NCBI RefSeq assembly: GCF_004010195.1
Contig: NC_057718.1
Coordinates: forward strand, 74,719,403 to 74,783,402
Length of the DNA: 64,000 nucleotides
Direction of reading: 5' to 3'
DNA from: Chiloscyllium plagiosum
Lineage: Eukaryota
Below are positions 53,835 through 64,000 of this stretch, piece by piece (the stretch's first letter is position 1; every line of letters begins with the position of its first letter). The notes below the pieces were generated by a model. That model saw only the letters and a list, made by a program, of their open reading frames with translations, made no database searches and was not told the origin of the DNA. Both the position numbers and the translations under genes were made by a program.

Positions 53835-54083
53835 CATTGCTTGTTCCTGCTATAGACTTCATTCGACTCAGAAACAATTCTTGGCGTAGATGTAACACTT
53901 CAGCTTTCCAAGTCTCAGCTTTTACCTTCCAGTCTACCTCCTTCACACTCAAAGTTTTGGCCAAGTGCTCTGCATATTCTCTACTGCTCTTCTCTGGAGG
54001 GGTATCACTTATTACAGCTAAAGCCAATGCTAACTTTGATGTTTTTAAGTACCATGCAAGCACATCTTCATTCAACTTTTGCC
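53835..54083 (-). CDS. MEI4: MEI4 coding exon (N-terminal conserved helix region)
   Basis: Translates as QKLNEDVLAWYLKTSKLALALAVISDTPPEKSSREYAEHLAKTLS...WKAEVLHLRQELFLSR, matching the vertebrate MEI4 N-terminus as I recall it (WYLRTSKLALALAIIRSKP..KSSREYTEHL). Acceptor ttcttctgtcttatcaatag| and donor |gtgagc; 249 nt, phase 1 to phase 1. No in-frame ATG (the ORF-track M is TTG). Confidence 0.92.
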
Positions 54084-54197
54084 CTATTGATAAGACAGAA
54101 GAAATTATGTTAAATTAGACATTTAAGCTAAGCAATCACAGCTTCTGATACTATCGTGAAACATGATTACTCAGCTAAATAATTGTTGTCTCTTTGT

Positions 54198-54535
54198 TGG
54201 CGACATGGTGGCTCCATAGTTAGCACTATTGCCTCACAACATCAAGGACCCGATTCCACCTTTAGGTGACTGTCTGTGTTCAGTTTACCCTCTCTCCTTG
54301 TGTGCCTGGGTTTTCTCCGGGTGCTCTGGTTTCCTACCATAGTAAAAAGCTGTGCAGGTTAGGTGGATTGGCCATATTAATTTGCCCACTGCGTTCAGGG
54401 ATATGTAGATTAGGTGGACTAGCCATAGGAAATGCAGGGTTACAGGGAGAGGGTAGAGTCTAGGTCGGATGCGCTTCAAGGGTGGTGCAGATTCAGTGGC
54501 CCAAAAGGCCAGCTTTCGCACTGTAGGGTTATGAT
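54198..54535 (+). mobile_element. V-SINE (diverged)
   Basis: Similar to the other SINE copies. Confidence 0.75.
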
Positions 54536-55429
54536 TCTCTATAAATACAGCCATGTTTGAAGTTACAACTATAAATTTTGTTTTAGAAATAATAAGTTAA
54601 AATTAACAATGCAATATTAGAAACTTTTGATAGCCTGCGGCAATTAATCGTACTTCAAAATAACATTGCATTGTTGTATGTTTTATGTCATTCTGCTATA
54701 CATAACCTTGAGCAATATCACCCCTTCAAACTTCCTAGATTTATTTAAATATTCATTACATTTACTGTATAGAAAATAGCTGATAAGTATTGTATTTTAC
54801 ATTGTTCATAAAATTACAAAATCATACTTAATAAACCATGAGACCCATAACACACAAATTTAACATTAGTTTTTAAAAACCTACTTACGTTAATAGAATT
54901 CAAAGTACACTCTGCACCTATTTTATAGCTTAGTAAACCATAAAAAATATTTTATTCAAGTTGAGTCTCATGACACTTCAAACACAGCTATACAAACCTT
55001 GCAATATACTAAACTACATTTTTAAAGTAGATCATTTGTTACACTTCAAAATTATTCCTCTAAATATATTAAAAATAAAAATGACTTGTGAATGCAGTCC
55101 AAAACAGTTGAGCTTCAAGTAGCATAATTCCATAATTTAAAAAAATAAAATTTGCACAATTTATAGTAGATTACCATAAAATATAAAGAGAGATGACTAA
55201 GAAACATAAATATGATATAAAGATCGCTAACAGATTGAATTATACTACTCAGCAAAATGAATTGCATTTTTAACTACCAATCAACATAAAATCTAGATCA
55301 AGGTTTATTTTATGCTGTTAAATTATTTAATACTCATATCATATTTTAAAATTCACAGTTTGAAATTTCAATGACAAATCCTATTCTTGTTAATATCAGT
55401 GTTTCACATATTCAGAATATACAGGAAAT

Positions 55430-55743
55430 TTAGATTAGATTACATTACAGCGTGGAAACAGGCCCTTCGGCCCAACAGGTCCACATCGACCCGCCGAAGC
55501 GCAACCCACCCATACCCCTACATTTACCCCTTACCTAACACAACGGGCAATTTAGCATGGCCAATTCACCTGACTTGCACATCTTTTTGGACTGTGGGAG
55601 GAAACCAGAGCACCCGGAGGAAACCCACGCAGACACGGGGAGAACGGCAAACTCCACACAGTCAGTCGCCTGAGGCGGGAATTGAACCCGGGTCTCAGGC
55701 GCTGTGAGGCAGCAGTGCTAACCACTGTGCCACCGTGCCACCC
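55430..55743 (-). mobile_element. HE1/V-SINE (young)
   Basis: Near-consensus, CpG-rich copy with (aatct)n tail. Confidence 0.9.
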
Positions 55744-56419
55744 TGAAACATGCCAAGAAAGAACAGAAACAATAACAACTCAAAACAGAAACAGCAAAGA
55801 TAGCAATAGATCTATTTATAGCAGTTTATAAAGTTAAAAAAGTATATAATAGATAATGCTGAAAATACTCAACAATTTAAGCAGCACCTATATAGCAGGA
55901 TAAACAAAACTAATTGTTTCAGATAAATAGCAATTCATTAGAACAGAAAAACATTTAGAGATATGGAAGGTTTTTAAGTTTATACAAGGACAGGGTAGTG
56001 AGGAAGACGAGGAAAGAACGAAAGGGTAATTTGTGATAGGTTGAAAGATAGAATAGAAGAAGTGACAATAGAGATGACTATTCAATGCAAAAGGATATTG
56101 CAACATGACAAGCAAAAAACAACAGATAGGACTCGTGTTTCCATGTTTCATTACCAAAGACAGTTGCTCGAAAAATAAAATGGCAGTTGTGGTTATGGTC
56201 CTTCAAATGTAGAGCTCAGTGTTGAGTCTGAAATGTTGCCAAGTACCAAAGGAGTACTGATTACTCAAGTTGAAAATATTAGGCCAAATCTTATAAGGAA
56301 GGCATTCATAGTTAATGGCTCTTCATTGCCTGGCATATACCTCAATCTAAAATTACTATGCAGCCAGGGACCAACCCTGGTTCAATGGAGAGTGCAGGAA
56401 AGCCTGCCAATAACAGCAG

Positions 56420-58590
56420 CAGCCACATTTAAAGATTAGATGTTGGCTTGTGAAGTGAGGGAACAGGACTAATTGTGCGTCAAACAGTATATGCAGCAAG
56501 TGACAGACAGAGCTAAAGCAATCTCACAACCAATGGATTAGATCTAAGCTCTGCAGACCTGCCAAATCCAGTCATGGACAATTAAAAACTACCTGAAGGA
56601 GGTGGCTCCACCAATATTTCCATCCTCAAGAATGGAAGAGCCCAACATATCAGTGCAAAAGAGAAGGCTGAAGCATTCAGACAACCTTCAGTCACAAGTG
56701 CCAAGTGGATGATCTGTCTCGTCCAGTGGTCCTCAGTATCACAGATTAATTTGATTCAACCAATTTGATTCACTCCAATTGATATCAAGAAATGGTTTGT
56801 AGCATTGGATACTGCAAAGGCTATGGGCCCTGACAACATTCCAGCAACAGTTCTGAAGACTTATGCTCTGGAACTTGCTACATCTCTAACCAAGCTGTTA
56901 CAGTACAGCGAGGTAAAAACAATGACTGCAGATGCTGGAAACCAGATTCTGGATCAGTGGTGCTGGAAGAGCACAGCAATTCAGGCAGCATCCGAGGACA
57001 GGCAAAATCGACGTTTCGGGCAAAAGCCCTTCATCAGGAATAAAGGCAGNNNNNNNNNNNNNNNNNNNNNNNNNNNNNNNNNNNNNNNNNNNNNTTTCCT
57101 ACTCTATGCCACTCTCTCCCCACCCCCACCCTCCTCTAGCTTATCTCTCCACGCTTCAGGCTCTCTGCCTTTATTCCGGATGAAGGGCTTTTGCCCGAAA
57201 CGTCGATTTTGCCTGTCCTCGGATGCTGCCCGAATTGCTGTACTCTTCCAGCACCACTGTTACAGTACAGCTACAACACTTCCATCAACCTGACAATGTT
57301 GAAAATTGTCCTGACATGTCCTTTATAGATACAGCAGGTCAAATCCAATTTAGCCAATTATCACCCCAGTCTACTATCAGTAAAGTGACAGTACATTTCA
57401 ACAACAGCTACTTGGCAATAACCTGCTTACTGATATCCAGTTTGGGTTCTGCCAGGACCACTCAGCTCCTGACCTCATTTGAGCCTTAGTTTAATCATGG
57501 GCAAAAGAGCTGAATTCCAGGGGTGAAGTGAATGACAACCTTTGACACCAAGCCCACATTTGACCAGGTTTGGCATCAAGGAGCCCTAGCAAAGCTGAAA
57601 CCGATGCGAAGCAGGCAGAAAACTCTTCACAAGCTAAAATCCATATCTGGCTCATTGGAATGTAGTTGTGGTTGTTAGAGTTCAGTCTTCTCAGTTTCAG
57701 ACATCTCTGCAGGCATTCCTCAGTGCAGTGTCCTAGGCCCAACCATCTTCAGCTGCTTCATCAATGACCTTATCTCCAAATTAAGATCAGAAGTGGAGAT
57801 GCTTAATGTTCAGAACTATTCACAACTCCTCAGATATTGAAGCAATCCATGTTCAAATCTTATAAGACCTGAAAAACATCCAGGCTTGGGCTGACAAATG
57901 GCAAGTAACATTCACGCCACACAAATGTCAGGCAATGACCCTCTCCAATAAGAGACAGACAATCTAACTACTGCCCCTTGATGTTCAAGGTGTTACCATC
58001 ATTGAATTCCCCCACTACCTACATCCTAGGGGTGAGTATTGATGAGAAATACAGTGGCTACAATGGTAGGTCAGAGACTAGGAATACTGCAACAAGTAAC
58101 TCACCTCCTAATTTCTCAAGGACTAACCTCCATCAACAAGGCACAAGAGAGCAGCATTATGCCTGGATGTTAGAAGCTCGAACAATCAAAAAGCTTGACA
58201 GCATTCAAGACAATGCACTCCACTTGATTGACATTGCATCCACAAACATCACACATGCCCTTCTTTTCTTTCTCTTCCCCCATCACACCCACACACTTTC
58301 ATTCAGTAGCTCTTCTTGGCGAACTTTAAGTGGCAATTGGATAGGTACATGGATGGGTGCTTAAGCTAGGACAAATGTTCGGCACAACATCGTAGGCCGA
58401 AGGGCCTGTTCTGTGGTGTATTGTTCTATGTTCTATGTTCTTCCCAGCCCCTCCACATCTTTGCAGGAGGTCCTCAGGGTAGTGCCATAGGCCCAATCAT
58501 CTTCAGCTGCTTCAGTGATGACCTTCCCTCCAAAAAGATCAGAAGTGGTGATGCTCAATGTTCACAACTCCTCAGCTATTAAAGCAGTCC
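56420..58590 (+). mobile_element. LINE (CR1/L2 group) RT fragment
   Basis: DTAKAMGPDNIPATVLKT, GIPQCSVLGPTIFSCFINDL, IQAWADKWQVTF. Confidence 0.75.
56910..57256. mobile_element. inverted-repeat PLE-terminus insertion spanning a small N gap (57050-57094)
   Basis: 15-bp TSD ctgttacagtacagc; intact minus-strand core attc-CTGATGA-a-GGGC(tttt)GCCC-GAAACGTC at 57006-57041. Confidence 0.85.
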
Positions 58591-58594
58591 ATTT

Positions 58595-58828
58595 TTTAAA
58601 AATCTGGAATTAGGAATCTACTGATGACCATCGTTGATTGTCAGAAAACCCATCTGGTTCACTAATGTCCTTTAGGGAAAGAAACCATCATCCTTATTTG
58701 GTCTGGCCTACAAGTGACTCCAGACACAGCAATGTTGTTGACTCTTAACTGCCCTTTGGACAATTAGGGATAGGCAATAAATGCTACCTAACGAGCAATG
58801 CTCTTATCCCTGGACTAAATAAATAAAA
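58595..58828 (+). mobile_element. Deu-domain SINE fragment
   Basis: aaacccatctggttcactaatgtcctttagggaa...gtgactccagac. Confidence 0.7.
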
Positions 58829-59561
58829 AAACTCTGCTGTTCACACTTCCCTGGCCTGCTAAATTCTGGTTTTTGCTAAGCAGCCAAAATAACAACTTCC
58901 TTTTGGGATAAGTGGCAACAACCCCCAAGCTTGTTGCCACTTTCGTTGTTAACAGACTGACTGGAACTCTCTCCTCTGAGCTTTAGCAATTTTAGTGACA
59001 ACAGTCAAAGTGAGGCAGAAATTGGAAAAGTTAAAAGGACAGAATTGCACTACCCAGAATTTGCAATTCATCCAACCAGAAGTTATTTCTCATCACTGAT
59101 CTTACAAAGCCAATAACAACGTGAGAGCCCTGCATCTGATTTGCTTTATCAACGTCAAAATAGACCCAAGAGATTAATTTGTGCACAGCAGATTTGTCAG
59201 AGGTCAGTGGTATATAAGCTGTTCCCATGAATATTAACAAGAGAAGCAGAATACCAAGATCTGTGAAATAACTTCTAAACGTTTGGAAATCACCTGCAAA
59301 TAAGTGAAGGCATGCTTTCAAAATGTTTGTGAATATAGATTTTCACAGTGGCAAAAGCAAAAAATGCAGTTTCACTAATTAAGGGCTTTCAGGTTGTCAA
59401 TTTCACTAATCAATGATTCCTCATTGTACTCTCACTTAAGATCCACACAACTTGGAAAACCTATGTGCTGTCAGTTAAGGCCAGATTCTGTGTTGAGAAT
59501 ACAATTTAAATGTAATATTTAAATTGTGGAGGTAGCCTTGTGTCTTGTAAGATAAGAATTG

Positions 59562-60061
59562 NNNNNNNNNNNNNNNNNNNNNNNNNNNNNNNNNNNNNNN
59601 NNNNNNNNNNNNNNNNNNNNNNNNNNNNNNNNNNNNNNNNNNNNNNNNNNNNNNNNNNNNNNNNNNNNNNNNNNNNNNNNNNNNNNNNNNNNNNNNNNNN
59701 NNNNNNNNNNNNNNNNNNNNNNNNNNNNNNNNNNNNNNNNNNNNNNNNNNNNNNNNNNNNNNNNNNNNNNNNNNNNNNNNNNNNNNNNNNNNNNNNNNNN
59801 NNNNNNNNNNNNNNNNNNNNNNNNNNNNNNNNNNNNNNNNNNNNNNNNNNNNNNNNNNNNNNNNNNNNNNNNNNNNNNNNNNNNNNNNNNNNNNNNNNNN
59901 NNNNNNNNNNNNNNNNNNNNNNNNNNNNNNNNNNNNNNNNNNNNNNNNNNNNNNNNNNNNNNNNNNNNNNNNNNNNNNNNNNNNNNNNNNNNNNNNNNNN
60001 NNNNNNNNNNNNNNNNNNNNNNNNNNNNNNNNNNNNNNNNNNNNNNNNNNNNNNNNNNNNN
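59562..60061. other. assembly gap
   Basis: N run. Confidence 1.
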
Positions 60062-60076
60062 TGCATTCCAACACTG

Positions 60077-60377
60077 GGTGGCACGGTGGCTCAGTGGTTA
60101 GCACTACTGCCTCACAGCACCAAGGTCCCAGGTTCAATTCCAGCCTTGGGTGACTGTATGTGTAGAGTTTTCACATTCTCCCCGTGTCTGCGTGGGTTTC
60201 CTCCCATTGTCCAAAGATGTGCAGGTCAGGTGAATTGGCCATGCTAAATTGCCCATAGTGCTAGGTGCATTAGTCAGAGGGGAAATGGGTCTGGGTGGGT
60301 TACTCTTCGGAGGGTCGGTGTGCACTGGTTGGGCCAAAGGGCCTGTTTCCACACTGTAGGGAAGCTAATCTAATCTG
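60077..60377 (+). mobile_element. HE1/V-SINE
   Basis: Head, V-domain and aatct tail. Confidence 0.88.
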
Positions 60378-60952
60378 AACCAATCATTGCATACAATGTT
60401 TTTCCTTGGATTTTTTTTCTAGTTCTTATGCAAATCACCATGAATCTATACTTTTATCTATTGATTATTCAGCATTGTGAAATAACTTCTGTTTGTTATT
60501 CTGTCTAAATCTTCATGACTTTAAACACCTCTGATAAATCTTCTGTTGGTCATGCCTCAAATTAGCTTTTTTTCTGAAAGATATGACTAATTTCCTTTTG
60601 AATTAATTAATACTTGCTGCTTCTAGCCTCTTGTGCAGGCCATGTCCTCTGGTTCATTTATGGACAAGATGAAATAGCTTGTCACGACCAAAATTTTCTA
60701 GTTTATTTAGCGTCCCAAAATAACACAACCATATCATCTCCCAGCCTTCTCTTTTCCATTAACTGCAATCCATCGATCATTGTGGTCGTGTGCTTTTGTA
60801 TACTCCCAACAGCTGCAATATCTTTTTTGTAGTGTTGATCAGACAACACACCATCTTCAGTGTAATCTAACTAATGATTAATAAAGGAACAGGGTACCCC
60901 CATCACTTCAGCTTAATGTTAATAAACAACTAGCTTACTGTAAATGTGAGTG

Positions 60953-60953
60953 T

Positions 60954-60984
<31 letters not shown>

Positions 60985-60987
60985 CAT
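60953..60987 (+). repeat. (CA)n(TA)n microsatellite
   Basis: Direct reading. Confidence 0.85.
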
Positions 60988-63269
60988 AGCAGTATTTGGT
61001 TAAGAAAGTGATTTTGTCCATAAAGCATAGACTAATTGTGAATGCTTTTATGACTGAAAAGGATCGTATATAACTCTATCAATTGAATTCAAAGTTGAAT
61101 ATTTGTTCATGTCAGTTATAAAAAAAAGTGTATGAAGTCTTTGGCCTGTATTTTCTGATGGCCAGACTTTCATCATTCCAGCATAGATGGGAGTTGTGCA
61201 CTGGAACCCAATGGAGTTCCCAAAATAGGGTACTCCTGAGGAATTACCCAATACATAGACAATTCCATTCAACAATTTCTCTATTTAAGTTTCTATTTAA
61301 TTCAGAGAATTCCGAACATTCCAACTAAGTAAATAGCTACACAGGAAATGTTAAATGTTAAATAACTAAATATATAGTCCAACTCCTGAGCAAATACTCC
61401 TAACTCACCACCCCTCTCCCCTGATCCAAGTACTGTTCTCCCAGACCACATAGAACCCATCAACTCCAGATACCCTCAGGACCTGAAATCCCTTCATCCA
61501 TGCTGCACCAGACACCCCTCTCTTCCATATTTGGCATCCTTCACCTGCTTCACCCCAAACCCCTCCATTGGGCATGCTAATCCCCACCCCCATTGTCCAA
61601 CCATGAGGCATAATCTCCACTTTCCCTGTTCTGCACCTGATTCCCTTTCTCCTGCACTGGGCACACTCTCCCCTGCCTGCATTCCACACCAGACCACCTT
61701 TCTCCCTCCACTGTGCATGCCTTTTCCTTCTCCAATCTCTACCACTTTTGGTTATGGTGCTGCTCCTTTCTGTTCTGCATCTAACTTTTGTATCTCCACC
61801 AGTCGGCATGCCCTTCCTTTCCCCCAATCCGCAACAGTATAAAAGCAAAATCCAGGGTTGCATGCCACTTCAGAGGGGGTGGTAGAACATTAAAAGTGGT
61901 TCATAAATAATGAATTGCATAAACTTTCCCATTACGAATTTCCTATCTAATATTTCAGTGGCACTGCCTTACAAAAGGCAAAAAGCTGTTTTTTTATGGA
62001 AGCTCTTCAAGAAGGAGGGTTGTTTTGTGAAGGAACTTCGAGTGTAAGGCAATGGAATGTTTGGCAATGTGTGGTGGATTGAAGCGAGGGGTAATATACC
62101 ACATGGTATCAGAAATTTCAGGAGAATTGCTGCTAATAGGGTGAAATTCAAATACAAGGATGAGAATATTAAACTTGAGACAAAAACCAGAAGTACTGGA
62201 GCAACTCGGCTCATCAGTGGAGAGAGAAACAGAATTAACATTTCAAGTCTGATATGGGTCTTCTTTCAGTTTTGCATGAGATGACATTTGTGGAGGATGA
62301 AACAAGGGATTTAGCAGGCTATCATTGAACTCATTATCTACAAATAACAAGAGCTTGGCTGTGACTTTAGCCATCTGATTTTCTGATGAAACGTCAGATG
62401 TCAGATGGACTGAGGCAGAATAGGACGTAGGTGATAACTTTTGATGGGGCAATGCAGCAATAATCTAGGTATCTACTCCATGAACCATTTCATTAGTATG
62501 AATGTTTTGATTCAAGTACCAAATTGACCAGAATTGTTTCCCCTTACTAAAGTTTCCAGAATAAATTAGATTTTCACCAAGCTTTTTTTAATGAACCTCA
62601 AAATAATTTAGTTATTATAAACAACCAATTTGTTAAACAGTTTTTCCAGTTGTTTAAATATCAAGTTTTATTCTGGAATTAAAGAATAATTTACTTAATT
62701 ACTTAATCTCAGACAAACACATTCACATGACAATCCAGACAATATAGCTCTGCAGGCACGTTATAGCTTTTTTAAAAAATCAGGCAAAATGGGCAAAACA
62801 AACCCTGTGGGCCAAGTGTCTGAACTCCAAGGATAAAAATGCAATTGTTTCTCATGATTCCTTGACTTTCCTGTCAATGACAGCAAAATACTGTCTGTCA
62901 TAGAATGACAGAAAATCTTCAGATCAGAAGTCAGTTCAAATGGCAAGTTAGTTAGGCTTAAGTCTTTGATCAGAAGTAAGAGCTCAATTTTTAAGTTTTA
63001 TGAAGTGGTCAAGGATATTGATATTTGGAACTTGGAATTTGCAGAAATATTTCATTTAGATAGATTTCTGCAACCTGTCTTGCTGTAAGGTGTGCCTGCT
63101 GCTTTTTCAGGGGAAATAAAAACTTTTGTACTGCATATTTTCAAGGTTCATTTTTCTTCTGCTGGTATGCCCAGGTGTACTGGAAAACAGGAACTAATTC
63201 CAGAAGAATATTGCTAGGTAACCTTTATCACTTGGGCCCTATTTCTTACAAATAAAGTTGAAAGTTTGT

Positions 63270-63930
63270 TCACAGCATAAAAATAGTTGGAAAGGCAGAT
63301 TGTCAGAGAGATAACAAACACTATACAAAGAGATAGGTTAAGTAAATGGGCAAAAAGTTGGCAAATGGAGTATAATGTGGGAAAATGCAGAGTTGTTCAT
63401 TTTAGAAGAGGGAACAAAAGAACACGGGCGGCATGGTGGCACAGTGGTTAGCACTGCTGCCTCACAGCGCCAGAGACCCGGGTTCAATTCCCACCTCAGG
63501 CGACTGACTGTGTGGAGTTTGCAGGGTAAATGTAGGGGTATGGGTGGGTTGCGCTTCAGCGGGTCGGTGTGGACATGTTGGGCCGAAGGGCCTGTTTCCA
63601 CACTGTAATGTAATCTAAAAAATCTAATCTAAACAGAATATTCTCTAAATAGAGAAATACTGCAGAAAGCAGCAACACAAAGGGACTTGGGAGGTACTTG
63701 TGCATGAAACAGAGAAAGTTAGCACACACGTGTAGCATTTAACCAAGAAAGCTAATAGAATATTGACCCTTATTTCAAGGTGGTTGGACTATTAGAGTAG
63801 GGAGTCTCACTGCAACCGTGCAAGATGTTGGTGAGACCATGACTGGAGTCCTGTGGGCAGTTTTGATTCCTTATTTAAGGAGAGATATCATTTCATTGGA
63901 GATGGTTCAGGGAAAGTTTATGAGAATGAT
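63270..63930 (+). mobile_element. CR1 fragment with an internally deleted V-SINE (63426-63630)
   Basis: WAKSWQMEYNVGKC; the SINE head is joined directly to its 3' part. Confidence 0.8.
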
Positions 63931-64000
63931 TTGATTTTATTTATTGTCATCTATATCTTATTACAAAACACAGTGAAAATTGTTCTATATTGGAGGAATT

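Noticed and set aside
55670..55743. tRNA gene (A/B-box-like sequence; also in other copies)
   Set aside because: It is the tRNA-derived head of a V-SINE, continuing into the V-domain and tail.
59475..60247. Long ORFs in the ORF track (also 32254-32700)
   Set aside because: Artefacts of translating N gaps.
61400..61870. 152-aa minus-strand ORF in a C/T-rich tract
   Set aside because: Low-complexity composition explains the open frame; no recognisable domain or splice support.
62383..62396. ctgatgaaacgtc hammerhead-like string
   Set aside because: No stem II between the CTGATGA and GAAA boxes, so it cannot fold; at most a deleted relic.

Overview
Eukaryotic genomic DNA, most likely from a cartilaginous fish (shark). 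This is inferred from HE1/V-SINE and Deu-domain SINE copies and very dense CR1 and Penelope-like elements. The only host gene is MEI4 (meiotic double-strand-break factor) on the minus strand, with two GT-AG coding exons (53835-54083 and 44133-44731). The rest of the window is intronic or upstream and consists mostly of decayed, nested retroelements: CR1, Penelope-like (PLE), Tx1/L1, RTE, a Gypsy gag remnant, solo LTRs, SINEs and MITEs. The most striking signal is a set of about 15 minimal hammerhead-ribozyme motifs (CTGANGA-hairpin-GAAA) from at least four sequence families. They lie in PLE termini and in short, TSD-flanked, often palindromic insertions. One such element appears to enclose a 2.2 kb, 56-bp TTAGGG-containing satellite. 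There are three N gaps. Repeat boundaries are approximate (read by eye), and family names come from recalled motifs, not database searches.
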